Origin: Rhodospirillales bacterium
GTDB lineage: Bacteria; Pseudomonadota; Alphaproteobacteria; Rhodospirillales; GLO-3
Direction of reading: 5' to 3'
Assembly (NCBI GenBank): GCA_003354135.1
Contig: PIVK01000009.1
Coordinates: forward strand, 8,766-72,765
Length of the DNA: 64,000 nucleotides
Positions 1 through 9,187 of this stretch are shown here, piece after piece. Below the pieces are notes generated by a model, which was given only the letters and a program-made list of their open reading frames with translations, was not told where the DNA came from and ran no database searches. The first letter of the stretch is position 1. The number at the start of each line of letters is the position of its first letter. The position numbers and the translations under genes were made by a program.

Positions 1-1692
1 CGTCGGGCCTTAGGCGGTCAGTTCGACGAAAATCTGATCCAACGCTCGGGGCTGGCGGGGATCGTGCTGCAAAGGATGATCGACCGCACGCTGATCAGGC
101 TGGGGGCGGACAGCCTGGGGGTTGCCATTGACGATAGTCTGGTTTCGGACGAGATCCGGCGCACCAAGACTTTCTTCAATCCCATGGGGTACTTCGACCG
201 GAGCATCTTCCAGCAGGTGATCCGTTCCAATGGGTTTTCGGAGGGCCAGTACGTGGACATGATGCGCGCCGACATGGCCCGCGTCCAATACGTGGGAAGC
301 CTGTCGACCGGCGGCCCGACGCCGGCGGCGCTGGCCAAGGCTTTGTTCAAGCACCGCCAGCAGAGCCGGGTTGCCGAGATGGTGGCCGTGGACGACAAGG
401 CGATGACGGGACTGGCACCGCCCGAGGACGGGGTTTTGGCCGAATACCATCAGGAGGAGGCGGCCCGGTACACCGCGCCGGAATACCGGACGGTGACCTA
501 TCTGCGTCTCGATTCTGCCGACCTGATGCTCGAGATGGCAGTGTCGGAAGAGGACGTGCGTGAGTCTTTCGACGCCAGGGCCGGCGAATTCCGGAAGCCG
601 GAACGCCGCCGCGTCGAGCAGATCTTGTTGGCTTCGGAAGAGGATGCCAAGGCCGCCCACGGCAAGCTCGCCGTAGGCGGCGATTTCGTCGCCGTGGCCA
701 AGGAAGTTGCAGGCATGGAGGCCGATGCGATAAAGCTGGGCACGGTCGAAGCCAAGGATCTGCCGCCGGATCTGGCCGAAGCTACTTTCGCGGTGACAAT
801 CGGTGCTCACAGCGAGCCCATCAAGTCGGCTCTCGGCTGGCACATCATGCGGGTGACCTTGATCGAGCCCAGTCAGGAACGGACCTTTGAGGAGGTGCGC
901 GCCGAGCTGGAGACGGGGCTCCGCAAGGAAAAAGCCATCGATGCCCTTTATGAGTTGTCAAACCGCGTGGAGGACACGCTGGGTGGCGGCGCGACCCTTG
1001 AAGAAGCAGCACAAAGCCTGAATCTGAAGGTGGCCACCGTGGCGGCGCTCGATGCTGCAGGCAAGGACGATCTGGGGAAAGCGGTTGACGGTCTGCCTGG
1101 CGGCTCCGTCTTCCTGAAGACGGCCTTCGAAGTCGCGGACGGCGAGGATAGCGTGCTCACCGAAGCGGGCAGCAATGGCTATTTCATCCTCCGGGTCGAT
1201 AAGGTGATGCCGCCGGCGCTCAGGCCGCTTTCCACCATTCGTGGCCAGGTCGTCGCCGACTGGAAGGTCAAGCGGCGCGAGGAAGCCGCCAAGACGGCCG
1301 CCGGAGCGCTGGCGGCCGAGGTCGAAGGTGGCGCGGACTTGGCCCAGGCGGCCACCAGGGCCGGGTTCCAGGTCACGACTACCGAGGCGTTTCTGCGGAC
1401 CGGTGAGGGGGCGAAGGACATACTGGCGACGGATGTTGTCGCCGGGTTGTTCGATACCCGGGTCGGGGGTGTGGTGAGCGGGCGTGGCAAGGCGGGATGG
1501 CAGGTTGCCCGTCTGAAAGAGATCCGCGATGCCGATCCCACGTCCGACAAGGACGGGGTTGAGACTATACAGCGTGAAGTCTCGGCCGCCATGCGGGGCG
1601 ACCTGCTGTCCCAGTTGGCCTCCGGCCTGCGGGCCCGTCACCCGGTATCCATCAGAAACCGCGCGATCCAGCGCCTCTACTCCGAACAATGA
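1..1692 (+). CDS. ppiD: PpiD-like periplasmic peptidyl-prolyl isomerase/chaperone, 5'-truncated by the window edge
   Basis: Frame 1 is open from base 1, with no stop before the GTG at 64. Parvulin-like core 'GDFVAVAKEVAG...GAHSEPIKSALGWHIMRV'. Lies directly upstream of trpE. Confidence 0.7.
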   Translation, partial: RRALGGQFDENLIQRSGLAGIVLQRMIDRTLIRLGADSLGVAIDDSLVSDEIRRTKTFFNPMGYFDRSIFQQVIRSNGFSEGQYVDMMRADMARVQYVGSLSTGGPTPAALAKALFKHRQQSRVAEMVAVDDKAMTGLAPPEDGVLAEYHQEEAARYTAPEYRTVTYLRLDSADLMLEMAVSEEDVRESFDARAGEFRKPERRRVEQILLASEEDAKAAHGKLAVGGDFVAVAKEVAGMEADAIKLGTVEAKDLPPDLAEATFAVTIGAHSEPIKSALGWHIMRVTLIEPSQERTFEEVRAELETGLRKEKAIDALYELSNRVEDTLGGGATLEEAAQSLNLKVATVAALDAAGKDDLGKAVDGLPGGSVFLKTAFEVADGEDSVLTEAGSNGYFILRVDKVMPPALRPLSTIRGQVVADWKVKRREEAAKTAAGALAAEVEGGADLAQAATRAGFQVTTTEAFLRTGEGAKDILATDVVAGLFDTRVGGVVSGRGKAGWQVARLKEIRDADPTSDKDGVETIQREVSAAMRGDLLSQLASGLRARHPVSIRNRAIQRLYSEQ

Positions 1693-1708
1693 GTCCGGCT
1701 GTCGTGGC

Positions 1709-3223
1709 ATGAAGACGTTTCCCGACTTCGATGCCTTTGCAGAGGCCTACCGTGCGGGACGGTCACAAGTGGTGTGGGCTGAACTCGTGGCGGACCTTGA
1801 GACGCCGGTTTCGGCGATGCTCAAGCTATCCCATGGCCGGCCGAACAGCTTCTTGCTGGAATCGGTAACCGGTGGCGCCGTCAGGGGGCGGTATTCCTTC
1901 ATCGGGCTTGAACCCGACGTTATCTGGCGCTGTTTCGGCAACCAGGCCGAGATCAATCGCAACGCGCGAGGCGGCGGGGACGTCTTCGAGCCTTGTGAAG
2001 ACGGTTCCCTGGACAGCCTGCGCAAGCTGGTCGATGAAACGCGGATCGATCTGCCTCGGGAATTGCCTCCCATGGCGGCGGGCCTGGTCGGCTACATGGC
2101 CTACGATACCGTGCGTTTGGTGGAGCGAGTCCCTGACGAGAACCCGGACGTCCTGGGGGTTCCCGACGGCATCTTCGTCCGACCGACGGTGATGGCCGTG
2201 TTCGACACCATCGAGGACACGGTGAGCGTCATTACGCCGGTCCGTCCCTTGGCCGAGGTCAGTCCGGAGGATGCGTACGCCCAGGCCCGGTCCCGCCTTG
2301 CCGATGTGGTGCGTGATTTCGAAGCCCCCCTTCCCCATCACGAGGCGGACGGGGCGGTTCAGCCCGCGAAATTCACCGAGCCCGTGTCCAATATGACCCG
2401 CGAACAATTCCACGCCATGGTCAAGGCGGCCAAGGAATACATCCTGGCCGGCGACATCTTTCAGGTGGTTCTGAGCCAGCGCTTTGCGGTGCCCTTCGAC
2501 CTGCCGCCGTTCGCACTCTATCGTGCGCTGCGGCGTCTCAACCCGTCGCCGTTCCTGTTCTTCCTCGATTTCGGGGAGTTTTCCATCGTCGGTTCGAGCC
2601 CTGAAATTCTGGTCCGCGTCCGTGACGGTCAGGTTACCATCAGGCCGATCGCCGGCACTCGGCCCCGGGGGAAAACGCCGGATGAGGACAAGGCCTTGTC
2701 CGAAGAGCTGCTGTCCGATCCCAAGGAACTGGCCGAGCACCTGATGCTGCTTGACCTAGGGCGCAACGATATCGGGCGGGTGGCCAAGGTGGGAACCGTC
2801 GAGGTTACCGAACGGTTCATCGTCGAGTATTACTCGCATGTCATGCACATCGTCTCCAACGTCGTGGGCGAGCTCGACGACGCGCGCTACGACGCCATGC
2901 AGGCCATGTTCGCCGGTTTCCCGGCGGGGACCGTTTCCGGCGCGCCGAAGGTCCGAGCGATGGAAATCATCGACGAACTCGAACCGGAACGTCGAGGAGT
3001 CTACGCGGGGTGCATCGGCTATTTCGGCGCCGATGGCGACATGGATACGGCGATCGCACTGCGCACGGCGGTGGTCAAGGATGGAACGGTCTACATTCAG
3101 GCGGGGGGCGGCATGGTCGCCGACTCGGATCCGGAAGCGGAGTACCAGGAAAGCCGCAACAAGGCCCGGGCGCTGATCCGTGCCGCCGAGGAAGCCATCC
3201 GCTTCGCTGCCGAACGCGGCTGA
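1709..3223 (+). CDS. trpE: Anthranilate synthase component I
   Basis: Chorismate-binding family motifs 'LLESVTGGAVRGRYSFIG', 'GAPKVRAMEIIDELE', 'RGVYAGCIGYFGADGDMD'. ATG at 1709 gives 504 aa. The track ORF start at 1529 overlaps the ppiD end. Confidence 0.95.
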   Translation: MKTFPDFDAFAEAYRAGRSQVVWAELVADLETPVSAMLKLSHGRPNSFLLESVTGGAVRGRYSFIGLEPDVIWRCFGNQAEINRNARGGGDVFEPCEDGSLDSLRKLVDETRIDLPRELPPMAAGLVGYMAYDTVRLVERVPDENPDVLGVPDGIFVRPTVMAVFDTIEDTVSVITPVRPLAEVSPEDAYAQARSRLADVVRDFEAPLPHHEADGAVQPAKFTEPVSNMTREQFHAMVKAAKEYILAGDIFQVVLSQRFAVPFDLPPFALYRALRRLNPSPFLFFLDFGEFSIVGSSPEILVRVRDGQVTIRPIAGTRPRGKTPDEDKALSEELLSDPKELAEHLMLLDLGRNDIGRVAKVGTVEVTERFIVEYYSHVMHIVSNVVGELDDARYDAMQAMFAGFPAGTVSGAPKVRAMEIIDELEPERRGVYAGCIGYFGADGDMDTAIALRTAVVKDGTVYIQAGGGMVADSDPEAEYQESRNKARALIRAAEEAIRFAAERG

Positions 3224-3297
3224 GGGGACACGAGGCTGAGCCGCCCGGCGGAAGATGGTTTTTCCGCGAGCGTGCATGTGGCGAAATCACCGGTCGA

Positions 3298-3498
3298 TCA
3301 TGCAAGTCCGGAAAATTCGAACCCGGCGCCGGCCACGGCTTGCGCGACCCCCGCCTCGTCAACGAGTCCTTCGACGCTGACGGTCTTGGCCTCCAGGTTG
3401 ACTTCGACACCGGCGGTGGGGGCAATTGCCTTGATGGCGCTGGTGACCGAGTTGGCGCAACCCTGGCAGCTCATTCCGTTCACACGGTAGGTGGCCAT
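3298..3498 (-). CDS. copZ: Heavy-metal-associated (HMA) copper chaperone
   Basis: 66 aa with the 'GMSCQGCANSV' MxCxxC metal-binding motif. GGGAG Shine-Dalgarno about 10 nt upstream of the ATG. Confidence 0.85.
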   Translation of the reverse strand: MATYRVNGMSCQGCANSVTSAIKAIAPTAGVEVNLEAKTVSVEGLVDEAGVAQAVAGAGFEFSGLA

Positions 3499-3571
3499 CG
3501 TGTTTTTCTCCCTTGTTCGTCGGATGGTTGGTTGAGGGGATATGGCGCCGATGCCTACATCGGGTCAAGGC

Positions 3572-4951
3572 TCAACCTGTTTCGACCATGCGGGCTATGA
3601 TCGTGCTCAACGGCACCAAGACGAAACCACGCCGGCGCAGGTCTGCGAGCCAGTACATCAAGGCTTCTGCGGTGGCATCGCGCGGGTGGCCGATGCCGAT
3701 GGCGAACCCGTGGGTCAGGGCGACCTTCTCGAGTTCGGCGAGGCGTGTGTTGACGGCGGCGGTATCGTTGATGTTGTCGAGGAATACGTTACGTTCCAGG
3801 AAGGGGACCCCGGCGGTCAGTGCGGCCTCCGGCCCCTTCGTTCCTCCGACAGTCCGTGAGTCCAGGAAGAAGAGCCCGCGTTCCTTCAGGACATCCATGA
3901 CCACGCGCATGCTGTCGAGGTCAGTCGTGAACCTGCTTCCCATGTGGTTGTTGACGCCCACCATGCCTTCAAGCCGGTCGAGCCCCCAGTTGATGCGGGC
4001 ACGGAGTTCCTCTTCCCCGAGATCGCTCCGCAGAACGTTGGGGCCGGGGTCGAGAGCGGCGCTTTGGGGCTGCATGGGCATGTGGAGCATCAACTCGTGG
4101 CCGGCCAAGCGCGCTCTTAGGGTCTGACTTTCCATGTCCTGAGCATAGGTGAGGAACGACAGCGTCAGAGGGCCGTCGAGTTCCATGATCTTGGACGAAC
4201 GCCTGCGGTCGACGCCCATGTCGTCGATGACCACGGCGATCATCGGTCGGCCGTCGATTGCCGGTGTTGCCGCCGCATATTGTTTCCATGCGGGCATGCG
4301 GCCCGTTTCCACAGCCTGTTCCGGCCCGGGAGGAAGTGCAGCGAGTTCCACTGGTGGCGGAGCTTGCTCTTCGGCTTCGGAGGAGATCTCGGACTTCGAG
4401 GATGGCGCCGTGTCCTCCGGTTCCGGCAATGTTGGTTGTTCTTGTTGCCGTTCCGGCTCGACGGCCGGGAGTGATTCGAGTTCTACATCCGGTTCGGGCG
4501 GGCGAACGACGGTGAGGACGAGTTTCGGCTCCGCTGCGGTTTCCTCGGGGATCAGGAGGGCCTGCGTCGGAATGGGGATCGACCTCGGTCGGTGGATCTC
4601 TTGCGGCAGGGCCTCCTCGTAGGCGCGGACCGGGTGTTTCCCGTTCTGGCCGTTGGCGTCCGGGAACAGCGGCGCGTCGGGCACTATGACCAAACTGGGC
4701 GGAGGGGGCTGGCTGGCAGACCAGGACTTTGCCCCGGGACTCGGCATGACGGTGCGTTCGTCTCCCGCCGGTTCGGGGGGGGAGGTGCCGCCGCTATCCT
4801 GGTCTTCAACGCCGAAGAGATAGCCGCCGATCACGGCCCCCGCCGTAATTCCGGCATAGAGCAGCCGGCGTCCCAGCCGCGGCTCAGACAAGGGTTCGGA
4901 AGGGTTTTTCCAGACGTTGGAAGTTTCTTTCGATCGACCGCGTTTTGCCAC
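3572..4951 (-). CDS. Divergent polysaccharide deacetylase (YibQ/DUF610-like), membrane-anchored, with a Pro/Glu-rich linker
   Basis: N-terminal TM segment 'LLYAGITAGAVIGGYLF' followed by a ~190-aa P/E-rich region. C-terminal domain 'IAVVIDDMGV...LTLSFL...HELMLHMPMQP...NNHMGSRFT...FFLDSRT' is typical of the YibQ family. GTG start 15 nt after the copA stop. Confidence 0.8.
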   Translation of the reverse strand: MAKRGRSKETSNVWKNPSEPLSEPRLGRRLLYAGITAGAVIGGYLFGVEDQDSGGTSPPEPAGDERTVMPSPGAKSWSASQPPPPSLVIVPDAPLFPDANGQNGKHPVRAYEEALPQEIHRPRSIPIPTQALLIPEETAAEPKLVLTVVRPPEPDVELESLPAVEPERQQEQPTLPEPEDTAPSSKSEISSEAEEQAPPPVELAALPPGPEQAVETGRMPAWKQYAAATPAIDGRPMIAVVIDDMGVDRRRSSKIMELDGPLTLSFLTYAQDMESQTLRARLAGHELMLHMPMQPQSAALDPGPNVLRSDLGEEELRARINWGLDRLEGMVGVNNHMGSRFTTDLDSMRVVMDVLKERGLFFLDSRTVGGTKGPEAALTAGVPFLERNVFLDNINDTAAVNTRLAELEKVALTHGFAIGIGHPRDATAEALMYWLADLRRRGFVLVPLSTIIARMVETG

Positions 4952-4966
4952 CCTCCCGTTTCCCCT

Positions 4967-7399
4967 TTATCCCGCCCTCGGCTTCCACCGCTTGAGCAGC
5001 AAGGAATTGGAAACCACCGAGACGCTACTGAGTGCCATGGCGGCTCCGGCGACAACCGGCGTGATGTAGCCGAACACGGCCAGCGGGATCATAATCAGGT
5101 TGTAGATAAAGGCCCAGAACAGGTTTTGCCGGATCTTGATATAGGTCGCCTTCGAGACTGCGATCGCGTCGGCGACCAAGTCCGGTTTACCGCGCATCAG
5201 GGTCAACGATGCGGTATGCATCGCGACGTCGGTGCCGCTACCCATGGCGATTCCCACATCGGCAGCGGCCAATGCGGGGGCGTCATTGATTCCGTCGCCC
5301 ACCATGGCAACCACATGGCCGCCGTCGCGCAACCGCTCCACCTCGCTTACCTTGTCCTGGGGCAGGACGTCCGCCACCACGCGCTTGATCCCTGCTTGTT
5401 CGGCGATGACACTCGCCGCTTGCCGGTTGTCTCCGGTCAGCATGACCGTCTGGATGCCTCTGGATTCCAGATATCCGATGGCGTGATCCACCCCTGCTTT
5501 GAGCTGGTCGGCCGCAGCGATAAGACCCTGAATTTCGCCGTCCACCGCCACCCACATGGCGGTCGCGCCCCGGGCCTCCATGGCGCACGCCTTTTCCTCC
5601 AGGGGGGCCGTATCCAGATTCCGGTCCGCCATTAGGCGGCGGTTGCCGATTGCCACCGTACTGCCTTCAACCGTCGCCAGCAGCCCTTTGCCGGGAATAG
5701 CCACGAAGTCGGCGGTTGGGGGCAGGTCCTCCCCTCCCGCCGCCGCGTCGATCACGGCACGGGCCAGAAGGTGTTCGCTGCCCTGCTGGGCGGCGGCGGC
5801 TGTACGCAACAGCGTGCGATGGTTCCCGTCCAACGCGATGACTTCGTCGACGCGGGGGCGGCCTTCGGTCAGGGTTCCCGTCTTGTCGAAGACGACGGTG
5901 CCGATTTTGTGCGCCAGCTCCAGGGCTTCCGCGTCCTTGATCAAGATACCGGCGCGTGCCGCGACTCCGGTGCCGACCATGATCGCCGTCGGGGTCGCCA
6001 GTCCCAGGGCGCAGGGGCAGGCGACAACCAGAACCGTTACCGCGGTGATGATGGCGTCCTCCTGGCCCCAGCCGATCCAGAGACCGCGACCGTAGGCGGC
6101 AAGTGCGATGGCGATGACCGTCGGCACGAAAACGGCCGAGATCTTGTCCACCAGATGCTGGACCGGCGCTTTGCTGGCTTGGGCGTCCTGCACCAGGCGG
6201 ATGATCTTGGAGAGGGCCGAGTCGCCACCGACGGCCGTTGTCCGCACCCGGATCAGACCCTCACCGTTAATGGCGCCACCCGTGACCGAGGCGCCCGGGG
6301 TCTTGGTTACCGGTAGGCTCTCGCCGGTGATCAGCGATTCGTCCACGTTGGTGGTGCCCTCCGTGATCTCGCCATCCACGGGTAGCCGCTCTCCGGGGCG
6401 TACGACCACCACGTCGCCCACGGCGACCAGAGAGGCCGGGATCTCGATTTCGCTCCCGTCACGCAAGACGCGGGCGGTTTCCGGGCGAAGATGGCCGAGC
6501 GCCCGGATCGCCGCCGTCGTCGAGCGTTTGGCACGCCCTTCCAGGAAACGCCCCAGCAGCACCAGGGTGACGACGCTGGCCGAGGCTTCGAAGTAGTAAT
6601 AATTTTCGTGCCCGGCCACGCCGCCGCTCCAGGTGGAAAAGAACATTATGTAGACGCTGAGACCCCAGGCGGCGGTGGTGCCCAACGCGACCAGCAGGTC
6701 CATATTGCCCGCGCCGGCCTTGAGCGCTTTCCACGCGGGTCTATAAAACCGCGCGCCGGCCACGAACTGAACCGGCGTCGCCAGCAGAAGCTGCATCATG
6801 CCCGGCATCATCATCTCCTCGTCGCCGGAAAACATGAACAGCATCTGGACGAAGAACGGCAGTGTCAGAAGCACCGCACCCGTGAGCACGGCGAGATCCC
6901 GCCGTAGCCGCCGGGCTGCCGCAGCCTCCTCTTCGGCAAGAGCCGCATCGGCGTTTTCCACCGCTTTGGCCTTGAATCCGGTCTTCTCCACCGTTGCTAC
7001 GAGGTCGGCGACCGAGATTAAGCCGGCCTTGAAAGACACTCGGGCCCGTTCGGTGGCAAGGTTGACCGATGCCTCGTCGACACCCGGCATTTTTGCCAGC
7101 TGTTTTTCGAGCCGCGTCGAACAGGCGGCGCATGTCATGCCTTCGACGGCCAGCTCAATGCTGCTTTCCGGCACCGTGAACCCCGCCTTGGCCACCGTTG
7201 CCGCGATCTCTGCCCCCGAAAGGTTGGCCGTGTTGAAGCTGACATCCGCACGTTCCGTGGCGAGGTTGACGACGGCGCGCGTAACACCGGGCAGTTTGCC
7301 CAACTGCTTCTCAAGCCGTGTCGAGCAGGCGGCACAGGTCATGCCTTCGACGGGCAGGGAAATGGAGCGCGGAGCGCTTGTGTCCGGTTGGTTGGCCAT
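4967..7399 (-). CDS. copA: Copper-translocating P1B-type ATPase
   Basis: Two N-terminal HMA domains (both '[15 protein letters not shown]'). '[11 protein letters not shown]' CPC motif, 'FDKTGTLT' phosphorylation site, '[10 protein letters not shown]' hinge. Confidence 0.95.
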   Translation of the reverse strand: MANQPDTSAPRSISLPVEGMTCAACSTRLEKQLGKLPGVTRAVVNLATERADVSFNTANLSGAEIAATVAKAGFTVPESSIELAVEGMTCAACSTRLEKQLAKMPGVDEASVNLATERARVSFKAGLISVADLVATVEKTGFKAKAVENADAALAEEEAAAARRLRRDLAVLTGAVLLTLPFFVQMLFMFSGDEEMMMPGMMQLLLATPVQFVAGARFYRPAWKALKAGAGNMDLLVALGTTAAWGLSVYIMFFSTWSGGVAGHENYYYFEASASVVTLVLLGRFLEGRAKRSTTAAIRALGHLRPETARVLRDGSEIEIPASLVAVGDVVVVRPGERLPVDGEITEGTTNVDESLITGESLPVTKTPGASVTGGAINGEGLIRVRTTAVGGDSALSKIIRLVQDAQASKAPVQHLVDKISAVFVPTVIAIALAAYGRGLWIGWGQEDAIITAVTVLVVACPCALGLATPTAIMVGTGVAARAGILIKDAEALELAHKIGTVVFDKTGTLTEGRPRVDEVIALDGNHRTLLRTAAAAQQGSEHLLARAVIDAAAGGEDLPPTADFVAIPGKGLLATVEGSTVAIGNRRLMADRNLDTAPLEEKACAMEARGATAMWVAVDGEIQGLIAAADQLKAGVDHAIGYLESRGIQTVMLTGDNRQAASVIAEQAGIKRVVADVLPQDKVSEVERLRDGGHVVAMVGDGINDAPALAAADVGIAMGSGTDVAMHTASLTLMRGKPDLVADAIAVSKATYIKIRQNLFWAFIYNLIMIPLAVFGYITPVVAGAAMALSSVSVVSNSLLLKRWKPRAG

Positions 7400-7431
7400 G
7401 GGTATACGGAGACCGCCAGGGGATGACGCAC

Positions 7432-7462
7432 CCTATATGGCGCCTTGCGTGCAGGTGCGCAA
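7432..7462 (-). promoter_or_regulatory. Candidate copA promoter with a 19-bp spacer (TTGCGC-N19-TATAGG), overlapped by the dyad CTTGCG-N8-CGCAAG
   Basis: Minus strand: -35 TTGCGC (7457-7462) and -10 TATAGG (7432-7437) with a 19-nt spacer. The dyad spans 7444-7463. Lies 33-64 nt upstream of the copA ATG. Hexamer matches are weak (3/6 and 4/6). Confidence 0.25.
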
Positions 7463-7631
7463 GAACCGATGTCTAGACGGCAAGCCGCGACCGGATACCG
7501 GATCGTTTGGAGTGCCTGAGGGGGGGGCGGAAAAAAGGGACGAGTTCTTGCTGGATTATCCGTTTGAGAACACGAAGGTCCTCGTTGCCGATTGCCAATC
7601 GTTACATGGGGCCGGAGCGTCGAAAACCGGC

Positions 7632-8396
7632 TTAAGCATCGGAGAGGCAGACCACCAAGCCGCCGATCTCGCCGCCGGGGTCGGCAAGGGCGGTGACGGT
7701 CAACCTAGCCTCGTGCCGGGCCCCGTCCGGCCGGGTGTAGGTCACCGAGCGGGTTTGGGGTGTGCCCGCCTGTCCCGGGTTACTTTTCTTGACACAGTCA
7801 CTCAATTCCTGCGGCAGGACCTCGTAGATCAAGCCCCCCAGCAGGTCGCTGCGCGCGATGCCGACCGTCTCCTCGAAGGCCCTGTTACAGCCGAGGATGG
7901 CGTGCGCCTTGTCGGTATAGAAGGCTGGGGTCGGCATGGCATCGACCATTTGCTGCTGGGAGGAAAACTGGCGGCGCAGGACAGCGGATGCCGCATGCTG
8001 GTCGATGGCATAAAGCAATGTCTTCCGGACGATCGGCCCCTCGATCTGATCCTTGGCAAGGTAATCCTGAACGCCACGCCGAACCGCCTCCATGCCCGTG
8101 GTTTCGTCGTTGAGGCCAGTCAGCACCACGATTGGCGTTTCGGGTGCCGCTTCCGCAGCACGGGCTGCCGTATCCAGGCCGACCGAATCCGGAAGTCCGA
8201 GATCTAAGAGCACAACATCGATCCCGCCCTGGCCGATGACCGCAAGCGCTTCATCCAGGCGCCCAGCTTTGGACACCAGAAAGGCACCATCGTCGGTCTC
8301 GGTCAGCATGATCTCGACCAGACGAGCATCGCCTGGATTGTCTTCGACCAAGAGAACCCGGAGTGGATTGTCTTGAGGGCTCATGACCTTGTTCAC
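7632..8396 (-). CDS. Response regulator: receiver (REC) domain fused to a PAS domain, with no DNA-binding or enzymatic output
   Basis: REC residues are present ('LLVEDN', 'VVLLDLGLPD', 'VVLTG', 'DYLAKD'). The C-terminal ~120 aa are PAS-like ('MVDAMPTPAFYTD...ILGCNRAFEE'). Start is GTG at 8396 or ATG at 8384. Confidence 0.8.
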   Translation of the reverse strand: MNKVMSPQDNPLRVLLVEDNPGDARLVEIMLTETDDGAFLVSKAGRLDEALAVIGQGGIDVVLLDLGLPDSVGLDTAARAAEAAPETPIVVLTGLNDETTGMEAVRRGVQDYLAKDQIEGPIVRKTLLYAIDQHAASAVLRRQFSSQQQMVDAMPTPAFYTDKAHAILGCNRAFEETVGIARSDLLGGLIYEVLPQELSDCVKKSNPGQAGTPQTRSVTYTRPDGARHEARLTVTALADPGGEIGGLVVCLSDA

Positions 8397-8581
8397 GATA
8401 TCTGGTTGCGTGGAGCGAATGATACCGTGCTCACGGCGATCGGTAAACTATTCGCCGAAGGCGCACTTGACGGCCAGGGGACGGGGTTGCATTCTGGCCC
8501 TCTTTTCTCGGAATCGGATGCCGTTTCGGCGCCCTTTTTCGCCTGATGATCAGGTTGAGCTCTGCTCTCTAAGGTGTTGAT

Positions 8582-9187
8582 ATGTTTTTGCTGATAGATA
8601 ATTACGACAGCTTTACCTACAACCTGCTCCACTTTATGAGCGAGCTTGGGGTGGAGATGGAAGTCTATCGCAACGACGCCATCTCGGCGGACGCGGCATT
8701 GGCACTTAAGCCTCGGGGAATCGTCATTTCTCCGGGTCCTTGCGATCCCGATAAGGCGGGAATTTGCCTCGATCTGATTTCGAAGGCCGCCGGCCATGTT
8801 CCGGTGTTCGGCGTTTGTCTCGGCCACCAAAGCATCGGCCAGACGTTCGGCGGGCGTGTGGTCCGTGCTCCCGAACCTCGGCATGGCAAGGTGAGTCAGA
8901 TCAGGCATAACGGGCAAGGCATCTTTGCCGGCATTGCCAACCCGTTCACGGCAACCCGCTACCATTCGCTGATGGTGGCCCGTGAGGACCTGCCCGAATG
9001 TTTTGAGGTTACGGCGGAAAGTGACGACGGGGTCATTCAGGGCCTGAGCCACAAGGATTGGTCCATTCATGGGGTTCAGTTTCATCCCGAAAGCATCGCG
9101 TCGGAGTCTGGACACGCAATTCTCAAGAATTTCATAGAGATCGCTGCCGAGGGACCAGGGGCAAAGAGGGGGAGGCAAGCGGCATGA
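8582..9187 (+). CDS. trpG: Anthranilate synthase component II (glutamine amidotransferase)
   Basis: Class I GATase motifs 'PVFGVCLGHQSIG' (Cys nucleophile) and 'GVQFHPES'. Its stop overlaps the trpD start (ATGA). Confidence 0.9.
   Translation: MFLLIDNYDSFTYNLLHFMSELGVEMEVYRNDAISADAALALKPRGIVISPGPCDPDKAGICLDLISKAAGHVPVFGVCLGHQSIGQTFGGRVVRAPEPRHGKVSQIRHNGQGIFAGIANPFTATRYHSLMVAREDLPECFEVTAESDDGVIQGLSHKDWSIHGVQFHPESIASESGHAILKNFIEIAAEGPGAKRGRQAA

Noticed and set aside
4967-7399. The duplicated '[15 protein letters not shown]' segment in copA as a possible assembly or recombination artefact
   Set aside because: The two HMA domains are only about 60% identical over their full length and are arranged in tandem, as in many CopA proteins. 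This is a normal two-MBD architecture.
8383-8580. 65-aa ORF and a T-rich stretch upstream of trpG as a possible trp leader peptide or attenuator
   Set aside because: There are no tandem Trp codons in any frame and no convincing alternative terminator/antiterminator hairpins. The ORF starts inside the divergent response-regulator gene.
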